A stretch of 64,000 nucleotides of DNA, taken from Sedimentisphaeraceae bacterium JB056. Its GTDB lineage: Bacteria; Planctomycetota; Phycisphaerae; Sedimentisphaerales; Sedimentisphaeraceae. Where the stretch lies: the NCBI GenBank assembly GCA_044440125.1, contig JBITAJ010000011.1, forward strand, positions 1 to 64,000. The letters are read 5' to 3'. Under the pieces are notes generated by a model. That model searched no databases. It was not told the DNA's origin and worked only from the letters and a program-made list of their open reading frames with translations. This document shows, piece by piece, positions 39,668 through 48,511 of the stretch (its first letter is position 1; every line of letters begins with the position of its first letter). A program made the position numbers and the translations under genes.

Positions 39668-40600
39668 ATGATTAAAATGAAAAAGCTAAAATTAATAGAT
39701 GAAAATTGGGACTATCTTATAATCTTAGATGCATGCAGATATGATTATTTCACAGAAATCTATAAATCATTTCTGCCCGGAAATGTTGAAAAAAGAATTT
39801 CATTAGGCTCCTGCACTCCTGAATGGCGAAACAACAACTTTCCTGATTCTTATAGTGATATAGTTTATATTTCAGGCAATCCTATGATTTGTAAAGATAA
39901 GTCAATTTATGACTATAAGGCAGGCGAACATTTTTTTGAAGTCTTTGAGATTTGGAAAAATAAATGGAATAGTCAAATAGGAACAGTCCTGCCAGGAGAT
40001 CTTACAGAACAAGCCATCAGAATTATCAACCAATATAATGATAAGAAGATAATTGTTCATTATCTTCAACCTCATGCTCCATATATATGCTCTGGAGTAT
40101 CTGGTTGCAAAACAGCAAATGACTTCCAGAAAAAAGGCTATTGCAACGAATTTGGCATTAGACGCAAGTTATTTGATTTTTTAAGACCTTATGCAAAAAA
40201 ATCTAAGTTGCTTGGGAATCACAGCGAATGGTACCTTAGAAAATGGCTTAATATAGAACCACTCAAACCAATAGAAAAGGCCTGGAGAGAACTATGTACA
40301 ACTGGCTTGAGGCAAAAGTATAGAGAAAATTTAATATCAGTGATGTCTCAACTGCCAAGATTACTTGATCACCTTGATGGGAAAGTTCTTATAACTTCCG
40401 ATCATGGCGAATTACTTGGCGAAAAGAAAGATTTTTCTCATCCTTCAACTTCACTTAACCCGATATTAAGAGAAGTTCCCTATTTATTAATAGAAACATG
40501 CAAAAAAAACACCGTTAAACCTGATGCATTTTGTAGTTCCGAACAAACAAATGACAATGACAAAATTCAAGATAAGTTGCAACAACTTGGTTATCTTTAA
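39668..40600 (+). CDS. Alkaline-phosphatase/sulfatase superfamily protein
   Basis: ILDACRYD, HYLQPHAPY, TSDHGELLGE, HP...VPY; ends in LQQLGYL. Confidence 0.78.
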   Translation: MIKMKKLKLIDENWDYLIILDACRYDYFTEIYKSFLPGNVEKRISLGSCTPEWRNNNFPDSYSDIVYISGNPMICKDKSIYDYKAGEHFFEVFEIWKNKWNSQIGTVLPGDLTEQAIRIINQYNDKKIIVHYLQPHAPYICSGVSGCKTANDFQKKGYCNEFGIRRKLFDFLRPYAKKSKLLGNHSEWYLRKWLNIEPLKPIEKAWRELCTTGLRQKYRENLISVMSQLPRLLDHLDGKVLITSDHGELLGEKKDFSHPSTSLNPILREVPYLLIETCKKNTVKPDAFCSSEQTNDNDKIQDKLQQLGYL

Positions 40601-42172
40601 TCAAAGATAGCCTAAATCAGTAAGTTGTTGTTCGACATCTTCTTGTTCAGAATCTGAATAATCCATATGACTTCTGACAGCAGTATCTTTATCGGTAAAA
40701 TTAGTTTTAAAGTTAAAACTAAAACAATCAGTAAGGGCTTTTCCGTCAATATGAGCTGGAATATCAATACCGAGCAAAGCAAGAATAGTTGGCGTAATAT
40801 CAATAAGCTCGCAATTATTGTTTTTGTTTTTGACCTTTTCACCGGAAAGAACAAAAACACCTTCTGGCGAGTGAGTCCCTATCTGTAATCCATTTCTTAC
40901 AGTATTTCCCTCTATTACAGGAGAAAATGGATTAAGTGTAATCTGCCAGCCCTCATTAAGTTTCACTACAATATCGGGACGATCATATCCTGAGGGATAC
41001 ACTTCTTCACCTCTTTGTATTTCTTTTACGGCTTTGCCGTCACCAAAAGAACTACGAATTTCATCTGCTAATCTTTCAACTATAGATTCTTTGTTTTCGC
41101 AACAAGGATTAATATATATCAATCCTCCTAAACCTCCAAGACAAAAGGCTGCGGTTTTATCCATATCAATGATTCGTCTGAGATGAACTATCTCTTCTTC
41201 ACTATAATTAATATTTTTCGTAAATAGTTTCTTCTTTATCTTACCATAAAATTTAGCTGCATACTTTATAATACTAAATTTACTCTTCAAAACTTCTTTT
41301 GTTTTTGAAAACTTAGTATCAGAATCAGGGATCGTACTAAGAACCAGATAACCATTATCTAAAAGCCATCGGTTTAACCCTATGGAACCTTCATATTTAC
41401 AGAAACCATGATCAGAGACAATAAAAGTAAGAACATCCTGTCCTGCAGAACTTAAAAGCTGTCCAATACGTGAATCCAATTGAGAATAAAAAAGCGAAGC
41501 CTTAGCATAAACATCTTTGCTATATCCCTTAGCACCCGGATCTAATGTTGCCCAAGCTCTATGCTGAAATAAGTCTGTTGTTTGTACCTGTATCGAAAAA
41601 AGATCCCATTGATAATCAACTATAAGTTTCTCTGCTAAATCAAACCTGACATTCTCTGTTTTTATAGACTCTTCAACGAAATCGTCAAGGTCTTTAATAT
41701 GTCTATTTTCTACTATCTTGTAATTAGTACCTTTCAAGTATTTATTATATATTTTAGATGGATAGACATTGTCACTATTAATTTCCGGACAAAGCAGACC
41801 AGGAACAAAGACTCCTTCAACTTCAGGACAAGGAAAACTTACAGGCATATTAATGCTTATAACTTTTTTTTGGGATTTTGTCAATATAGTCCAAATATCT
41901 GGAGCTTTATTATCGGCCAAGCTATTAACTCGAAGTTTATTAGATTTTGTATCAAATTTATGAAAGCAGTAAATACCGGTTTTTTCTGGCCGGCATCCTG
42001 TTTGAAATGATGACCAAGCCGGTGATGTTTCAAACGGAAAAACGCTTTTCAAATTCCCGCAGCAACCTTTACTGCATAAATTACGGAGATTAGGCATAAA
42101 ACCGTCGTCCATAAGTCTTTTGCCACTTGTCCACGAAAAACCATCAAGCCCTATTATAAGTATTTTAGTCAT
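40601..42172 (-). CDS. Alkaline-phosphatase superfamily (phosphodiesterase/nucleotide pyrophosphatase-like) protein
   Basis: IIGLDG, SPAWSSFQTG, VSDHGF, GTH..EG, DITPTIL; ends in LTDLGYL. Confidence 0.85.
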   Translation of the reverse strand: MTKILIIGLDGFSWTSGKRLMDDGFMPNLRNLCSKGCCGNLKSVFPFETSPAWSSFQTGCRPEKTGIYCFHKFDTKSNKLRVNSLADNKAPDIWTILTKSQKKVISINMPVSFPCPEVEGVFVPGLLCPEINSDNVYPSKIYNKYLKGTNYKIVENRHIKDLDDFVEESIKTENVRFDLAEKLIVDYQWDLFSIQVQTTDLFQHRAWATLDPGAKGYSKDVYAKASLFYSQLDSRIGQLLSSAGQDVLTFIVSDHGFCKYEGSIGLNRWLLDNGYLVLSTIPDSDTKFSKTKEVLKSKFSIIKYAAKFYGKIKKKLFTKNINYSEEEIVHLRRIIDMDKTAAFCLGGLGGLIYINPCCENKESIVERLADEIRSSFGDGKAVKEIQRGEEVYPSGYDRPDIVVKLNEGWQITLNPFSPVIEGNTVRNGLQIGTHSPEGVFVLSGEKVKNKNNNCELIDITPTILALLGIDIPAHIDGKALTDCFSFNFKTNFTDKDTAVRSHMDYSDSEQEDVEQQLTDLGYL

Positions 42173-42287
42173 AATAGCATAAATATATATTTTAACTGCT
42201 ATAAAGGCAATAATTTTCTTGACGAATTAGAGATATATGGAATATACTGTAAAAAATAACATTAATAAATAAGGTGAATTTAATATC

Positions 42288-43136
42288 ATGAAATCTTTAT
42301 TCAAAAAAGCTGAGATACAAAAAAAACTGATAAAAGGACTACCTCAATATAACATAACATCTACGCAAAACATCGATAAAGCAAAAGAAAACTACATCTC
42401 AAATTTCAATATAGAAACTTCGAATTATACACTAAAAGATATTAAATTAAGAGCTCAGCAGTACTTCTGGCATTACCCATTTAGTTTTGGAGAAGATTTG
42501 TATATTGAGTCTGACTCAGATAAATCACAAGGTATTTACGGCAGGCATTACAAGCGTTATATGCATATATTCTCTAACTTGCTTGATATTTACGGCGGCA
42601 GCTTAGAAAACAAGAACATATTGGACTGCGCTTGTAATTGTGGGTTCTGGTCATTACAAGCTCTGGCAAATGGTGCAAAAAGCGTGACTTCTTTTGACGC
42701 AAGCGAGAAGAATATCGAGCAAGCTGATTTTCTAAAAGAAATAACGAATACACAAAATGTCACATATCAGAAACTTGATGTAGCAGATATTTCTAAAAAT
42801 AAATTAGGTAAATTTGATATCACGTTCTTCCTCGGAATACTCTATCACCTTAATAATCCCGTAGAGATATTGTCAAAACTTAAAGAAGTAACAAAAGATA
42901 CATTAATAGTTGATACAAATGTATGTATTGACTCAAAAAATGTATTGGAATTAAGAATAGATGACGTACACAAGCAAAATCATTCAAACAATATATGCTA
43001 TTATCCTTCTCCGTCAGCAGTATTTAAAATGCTTGAAATAGCTGGATTTAGAGATGTCAAAATATTAAATTCAAAAACCGAAATGCCAGAAATATATAAT
43101 AGTGGAAGAAGATATACCTTTATTGCATCAAGCTGA
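42288..43136 (+). CDS. Class I SAM-dependent methyltransferase (CmoB/DUF1698-like)
   Basis: ILDCACNCGFWS, FDITFFLGILYHL. Confidence 0.8.
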   Translation: MKSLFKKAEIQKKLIKGLPQYNITSTQNIDKAKENYISNFNIETSNYTLKDIKLRAQQYFWHYPFSFGEDLYIESDSDKSQGIYGRHYKRYMHIFSNLLDIYGGSLENKNILDCACNCGFWSLQALANGAKSVTSFDASEKNIEQADFLKEITNTQNVTYQKLDVADISKNKLGKFDITFFLGILYHLNNPVEILSKLKEVTKDTLIVDTNVCIDSKNVLELRIDDVHKQNHSNNICYYPSPSAVFKMLEIAGFRDVKILNSKTEMPEIYNSGRRYTFIASS

Positions 43137-43143
43137 TAATATA

Positions 43144-44373
43144 ATGAAAATAGCATATATACTAAAATCATTCCCTGAAATCTCTCAAACTTTCATTATT
43201 GTTCAATTAACAGAATTAATCGAATCTGGACATGATGTAACTATATTTGCTCAAAATAGAGGCAACGACAACAACACTATAGATTTAGTTAAAAAACATA
43301 GAATGACTGAAAAATGTCATTTTTGTATTAAGATACCTAAAAATAAAAACAGAAGAAGGATTAAAGCTTTAATATTTTCTGTTATAAAATTAATGCGGCA
43401 TCCTTTAAAAACAGTTGCTGCTCTCAGAATTTTATTTAGCCAAAAATTTGACTATGAAAATTTATTTTTTTTCCTTTCATTCAAACCTGAAAAATTTGAT
43501 ATACTTCAATGCCATTTTGGTCCAGCTGGCAACATAGGGCTTTTCACTAAAGAAACAGGACTTTTCGAAGGCAAATTAGTAACAACTTTCCATGGGTATG
43601 ATGTTAGCTCATACATCAAACTCAAGAATGAAAGCGTTTATGATAAACTATTCAGAACAGGCGATGCCTTTACTTATAACAGTGAAGCAACAAAAGACAA
43701 GTTAATAGCACTCGGTTGTAATGAAGATAAAATGTTCAAACTTCCAATGGGAATTCCAGTAGAAGACTTTAAATTCAAAAGGCGTAATATAAATCCTGAT
43801 AGTCAAATAAACATTCTAAGCGTAGGACGTTTGGTAGAAATGAAGGGAAGAAAATACGCAATTGAGGCTATTTCAAAGTTGGTGAATGACTATCCTAACA
43901 TCAAGTATTATATTGTAGGCAATGGGCCCTGTCTTGATACACTAAAAGCACAAGTAAATCGTCTGAATTTGTCATCAATAATAGAATTTACCGGATGGGT
44001 TTCATCTAAGAAGCTCATGGAGCTTTATGATAAGTGTCATATATTCCTACACCCAAGCATCACGGCATCTGATGGCAATCAGGAGGGGCAGGGAATGGTT
44101 CTGATTGAGGCTCAGGCACAAGGTATACCAGTCATTGCTACAAGACATAATGCATTCACAGAAACAATTATAGAAGATGTCACAGGCTTTCTTGTAGAAG
44201 AAAAAAATGCTATGCAGATTTCAGAAAAGATTAAATTAATAATAGAAAAGCCAGACATTCCTCAGCAAATGGTCTTCGAGGCACGAAGACATCTTGAAGA
44301 TTTATATTGCAGTAAAATACTAAATGTTATATTACTAAGCCTGTATACGAGGTTAATAGATGGCAAAAATTAA
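43144..44373 (+). CDS. GT4 glycosyltransferase (WcaL-like)
   Basis: FPEISQTFI, TFHGYD, VGRLVEMKG, EGQGMVLIEAQA.G.PVIATRH. Confidence 0.9.
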   Translation: MKIAYILKSFPEISQTFIIVQLTELIESGHDVTIFAQNRGNDNNTIDLVKKHRMTEKCHFCIKIPKNKNRRRIKALIFSVIKLMRHPLKTVAALRILFSQKFDYENLFFFLSFKPEKFDILQCHFGPAGNIGLFTKETGLFEGKLVTTFHGYDVSSYIKLKNESVYDKLFRTGDAFTYNSEATKDKLIALGCNEDKMFKLPMGIPVEDFKFKRRNINPDSQINILSVGRLVEMKGRKYAIEAISKLVNDYPNIKYYIVGNGPCLDTLKAQVNRLNLSSIIEFTGWVSSKKLMELYDKCHIFLHPSITASDGNQEGQGMVLIEAQAQGIPVIATRHNAFTETIIEDVTGFLVEEKNAMQISEKIKLIIEKPDIPQQMVFEARRHLEDLYCSKILNVILLSLYTRLIDGKN

Positions 44374-45043
44374 AGAAATAATTAAGTTTCCGTTCAAACC
44401 TTACTGGAAAATTAAACGAATTATCAAAAATCGTTACAACCCTGAAAAATATTGGGAAAATCGTCATCGAAAATATTCTGATAACTCATTAAAGGGGGTT
44501 GGTCATATAAAGAAGACTGAAGAGGCCAATATTATAGATTATAACAATGCAGCAAATGTATTCCTCGAACTATGTAAAGAAAACAATATTGACTTTTCAA
44601 ACAAATCAGTTCTTGAAATAGGCTGCGGAAATGGATTCTATACTAATATAGTTCATCAACATGGATGCAAAGATTATATTGGAATCGATATAGCCGAATA
44701 TCCGCTTAAAAAACTTGAAAACAAGTTTTGTTCTTATCATTTCAAAAAACTTGACATTACTAAGAGAAAACTTAATCAAAGATTTGATCTAATAATAATG
44801 ATCGATGTCACACAACATATCACTAAAGATAAACTGTTTGTTGCAGCAATGGAAAATATCCAAGAAATGCTTTCTGATAAAGCAACCTTTATAGTAACAG
44901 AATGGCTTTCAGAAGCAAAAAAACAACGACAATATTATGAAGTAGAACGACCTTTAGAATACTATCAAAACTGTTTTAAAGGATTCAAGATATCAAATCC
45001 TAAAAAATTCAGAGACAAGTATATCTTCTCTATAAAAAAATAA
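44360..45043 (+). CDS. Class I SAM-dependent methyltransferase
   Basis: YWENR, VLEIGCGNG, GIDI, FDLI...DVTQHI. Confidence 0.82.
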   Translation: MAKIKEIIKFPFKPYWKIKRIIKNRYNPEKYWENRHRKYSDNSLKGVGHIKKTEEANIIDYNNAANVFLELCKENNIDFSNKSVLEIGCGNGFYTNIVHQHGCKDYIGIDIAEYPLKKLENKFCSYHFKKLDITKRKLNQRFDLIIMIDVTQHITKDKLFVAAMENIQEMLSDKATFIVTEWLSEAKKQRQYYEVERPLEYYQNCFKGFKISNPKKFRDKYIFSIKK

Positions 45044-45077
45044 TTATGACCACCGGTTTGACAGGCGGTCATAATTA
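45041..45077. terminator. Hairpin between convergent genes
   Basis: taattatgacc...ggtcataatta; a second hairpin aagtggcat...atgccactt lies at 45119-45150. Confidence 0.65.
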
Positions 45078-45166
45078 TCAAGTCTAATATTTTTTAAAAG
45101 TCAAAACTCAAAAAACTTAAGTGGCATCATGTAAAAACACAATGCCACTTTCAAAATCAATATCTC

Positions 45167-46141
45167 TTACTGACGTTCATCATCATTAACAAGAACATTG
45201 TCATCGTCACTACGAATTGGAACACCAGACTGACCTACAGTTGACTTAGCTGCACCCACACGTATGGCCATCTGATCCCAAGTAGGACCAGCACCAACGC
45301 GACAAGTATAGATATTGTCATTCTGAACACCAATATCAGCTCTCTTTTCAAAAGTTACGTGGCCATCATTGTAAAGAACGTTCTGACCTTCACGCATATG
45401 AGCGTTTGAGTTAGCAACTTGCTCTTTCCATTTTTCAATCTCATCCCATTTATCATCCTGGATTGTATCACCTGCACCAAGAAGATCAACAAGATTCATA
45501 TAGTTATCACTATCAGGAGAACCTTCCTGGAGAGAAGGGTCAAACCATGGGCTTTTATCAGCCATTATAGCCATACCCGCTTGATCAGTAGAACTCATTG
45601 GAAACTCCAGACCATTAGCTCCTTCATAAGGCAAATGATAAGAATAGCTTAAGCACAACTGTGGGTACTCATCCTCACCATCAGTTTCTTTTCCACCGAA
45701 ATCCCAAAGTTCTGTAAGATCCGGCTTTTCACCGTTAAAGTCCTGAGCTTCTGAGCCTGTGAATTCTTTCTGGTCACTGCTCTGACAAACGAACTGCTTT
45801 GGAGATACGTCCGCTTCACGAACCAAAAGATAGAGAGATGCAGAAACTGTCACCTTCTGAGAATCTGACCAGTCGAAATCAGGAGTATCCCAATAATCAT
45901 CCTGACCATCTTTCGTCGCCCATTCATCAGCACCCTTACCACCAGCTATTGGGTATTCCTCATCGTTGTCGTTTGAGTATACCATACATGCTGTGCCGAG
46001 GCCTTTGAGGTTGGTACCACAGATGAGACGTTGAGCGAGACGACGCACTTTACCGAGTGCAGGCATCAGAATCGCCATGAGCATCGCGATAATAGCAATT
46101 ACCACGAGAAGCTCGATTAATGTAAAACCTTTCTTCTTCAT
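45167..46141 (-). CDS. Prepilin-type N-terminal cleavage/methylation protein with H-X9-DG motif (planctomycete-type)
   Basis: KKKG|FTLIELLVVIAII, C.TNLK.LG, C-terminal AH..EGQNVLYNDGHV. Confidence 0.9.
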   Translation of the reverse strand: MKKKGFTLIELLVVIAIIAMLMAILMPALGKVRRLAQRLICGTNLKGLGTACMVYSNDNDEEYPIAGGKGADEWATKDGQDDYWDTPDFDWSDSQKVTVSASLYLLVREADVSPKQFVCQSSDQKEFTGSEAQDFNGEKPDLTELWDFGGKETDGEDEYPQLCLSYSYHLPYEGANGLEFPMSSTDQAGMAIMADKSPWFDPSLQEGSPDSDNYMNLVDLLGAGDTIQDDKWDEIEKWKEQVANSNAHMREGQNVLYNDGHVTFEKRADIGVQNDNIYTCRVGAGPTWDQMAIRVGAAKSTVGQSGVPIRSDDDNVLVNDDERQ

Positions 46142-46449
46142 ACTTTATTACTCCTTATTGTAATAATACGGTCATTAGGTTTCGCTTTCAACGCCGCCGC
46201 CCGGTCCGCATAATTTTTAATTAAAATTGCTAGTTTTTCCTGCGAAACCCATATTTCGCCGGATTGCGACGTATAAACTCTAAACATCAGGCGCCTCTTA
46301 CCCAAGAAGGCCTGTAAAAAAACGCATAATGCGATGGAAGGAGTAACAAAGCCGACGCTTTATGAAAAGCGTGTATAAGTATGATAACAGTTTTATATAT
46401 TATGATAAGTTATTGCACGCCGGTAATATCACCGATTCCATCAACGTAC

Positions 46450-46479
46450 ATTTTAACTGCTATACAACCCTTTTGTCAA
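46450..46479 (-). promoter_or_regulatory. Putative sigma70 promoter for the prepilin-type gene
   Basis: Minus strand TTGACA-18-TAAAAT, ~300 nt upstream of the ATG. Confidence 0.55.
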
Positions 46480-46935
46480 TATTTTTTTTCATGCCATAAG
46501 ACATTTAAATAGTCATCATAAGAATCTTTACACATAAACGCTTCCCTTGAAACGACTTAAGCCTAAAAATCTTGTTGGTTTTTCATAAAAAAAACAACAT
46601 AAAAAATCTGCAATTATCAGCAAAGAAAACCTGCAAACACAACAGAAACTATCCTGCAAACATTTTTCGCATCGTTTTATAGTTATTAATCATTATACCA
46701 CAGTAACTTAACTACTTAAACACAAAGCAAACTTCTATTTAACAATCCAGATCCGCAATATCAAACTTACAGCGAGCACTAAAACCACATTAACCCCAAA
46801 ACCGTACAAGACACATACAACAAACAAAAAATTAGTATAAATTTCCAAAATTAACAAGCAAAAAAAACATCTCATCTCGATAGAATTTGCACTTCACACA
46901 TAATAAATTAAACTTTTGTTGATACGAAAAGAACT

Positions 46936-46964
46936 TTGACATTGAATTTTCGTAAGTTTAATGT
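46936..46964 (+). promoter_or_regulatory. Putative ssrA promoter
   Basis: TTGACA-17-TAATGT. Confidence 0.55.
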
Positions 46965-46991
46965 AAGATACGATTTCCTTCGATGATCGAA

Positions 46992-47349
46992 GGGGGCGAC
47001 TGGTATCGACCGGATAGGTAGATGGCCAGGTGGCATACCCGGGATGACAGTTGGCCCGGTTAAAAATCTGTCAAACTAATTTTTAAACGGCGTTAATAAC
47101 TACGCTATGGCTGCCTAATAAGAGCGGCCCGTCCACCGTTGCCTCTCCCGGCGGCGACGGCTCGGATGTCATAACTACGGGATAAGCTAACGCGAGTGTC
47201 TGGTAGCTGTTAGACGAAAATTTACAGACTGGCGGTATTTTGGCCTGTTGCCTGGTTTTGGATGCCGCGAGATGTAATAGGGTAACTAAGTATGTAGATG
47301 CCTTGCTTGAAATATCACGGGACGGGGGTTCGACTCCCCCCGCCTCCAC
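46992..47349 (+). ncRNA. ssrA: tmRNA; tag reading frame 47089-47118, (A)GVNNYAMAA*
   Basis: 5' GGGGGCG pairs with 3' CGCCTCC-A (includes G3:U); TCGAC near the 5' end; T-arm GGGGGTTCGACTCCCCC; internal GGC GTT AAT AAC TAC GCT ATG GCT GCC TAA TAA. Confidence 0.96.
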
Positions 47350-47481
47350 TTTCGATTAATTAACACAAATCATTACACTCCAGTACTTTAAGCTTACATG
47401 CTTTTTCATCAAGCTAAATTATCTGCTATATCATGCATTAAGACAGTTATCTCTTAATCAAAAAGGTTAGCCATAATCTAC

Positions 47482-48480
47482 CTAAGCGAGAATGCCGAAA
47501 CGTTCGCGGGTAATCTGCCATTTGAGGGATCTGCCGGTCAGATATCTTCCCAATTCATCGGTCATATACTTTCCCATACGGTTACATTCGGGGCCCATAC
47601 AGCCGGCGATGTGGGGAGTAATTATGATATTTTCAAGGTCGTAAAGCTCAGAATCGCTTTCGGCGGGCTCAGGATGAGTAACATCGAGAACGGCGGTAAT
47701 ATCGGGCCTGACCTTCAAAACGTCAATCATTTCATCTTCTCTTACAAGTATTCCTCTGGCAGTATTTATGAACGAGGAATTAGGTTTCATAGAGCGGAAA
47801 TGTTCGCCCGTTATCATCCCTTTTGTTTCCTCGAAAACCGGAGTATGGATCGAAACCACATCACTAAGTTCAAAAATCTCCTCAAGCGTGTGCATCTCGA
47901 CGTTCATAGCCGCCGCCTGTGATTTATCGACGTACGGATCGTATGCTATGACTTTCATCTCGGTAATAGCCTGAATATAACGGCATACATGCCAGCCGAT
48001 CATGCCCAGGGACACTATCCCAAGCACTGAATTATACGTGCCGGGCGCATTGAAGATATCGCGTTGGGGGTAGGTGCGAAGTTTTTGTACGCTGTCTTTA
48101 TACTCCCACACCTTTTTGAGGCAGCAGAGTATCTGGCCCACCGTGTATTGAGCGACCGAGACCGCATTGGCACCATAGGCAGACGATATAACTATATTCC
48201 TGTCCCAGAAAGCATCACTCACAATGCCCCTGATGCTGCCGCCGCCATAAAAAACGGCTTTGAGCTCAGGCGCGAACTCCAGAATATGCGTATCAAATTT
48301 AGGACTGCCCCAATCCGCCATCACTATATCACAGCAGCTCAGGACGCCGGGGTTTTCCAGTACCTTTTGCGAGGATAGAGGCTCATCAATAATATCGATC
48401 ATATTCGCGATGTCATCGATCTCGTTCTTGCCGTAGACCTCTCCAAAGAGATTGTTCTTAATTATTATTCCGCGTTTCAT
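47482..48480 (-). CDS. D-isomer-specific 2-hydroxyacid dehydrogenase family protein
   Basis: GIVSLGMIG, AYDPY, SIHTP, FINTARG, LDVTHPE, TPHIAG. Confidence 0.9.
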   Translation of the reverse strand: MKRGIIIKNNLFGEVYGKNEIDDIANMIDIIDEPLSSQKVLENPGVLSCCDIVMADWGSPKFDTHILEFAPELKAVFYGGGSIRGIVSDAFWDRNIVISSAYGANAVSVAQYTVGQILCCLKKVWEYKDSVQKLRTYPQRDIFNAPGTYNSVLGIVSLGMIGWHVCRYIQAITEMKVIAYDPYVDKSQAAAMNVEMHTLEEIFELSDVVSIHTPVFEETKGMITGEHFRSMKPNSSFINTARGILVREDEMIDVLKVRPDITAVLDVTHPEPAESDSELYDLENIIITPHIAGCMGPECNRMGKYMTDELGRYLTGRSLKWQITRERFGILA

Positions 48481-48511
48481 ATAATTTCAGTTTCTTAAAG
48501 AGTTTTTACCT

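Noticed and set aside
46142..46445. c-di-GMP-I or other known riboswitch in the prepilin leader
   Set aside because: I could not find the GGCAAA/GNRA tetraloop-receptor arrangement or other familiar cores, so it is kept only as an unknown structured leader.
46480..46930. Hidden gene or repeat in the A-rich spacer before ssrA
   Set aside because: No credible ORF; only a short repeated cctgcaaaca, which is not enough to call a feature.
47083..47349. 88-aa ORF beginning MEAGGVEPPSR
   Set aside because: It is the reverse complement of the tmRNA, a familiar spurious call.
47350..47481. Integrase or prophage remnant next to ssrA
   Set aside because: Only ~130 bp of non-coding sequence is present, with no recombinase motifs.
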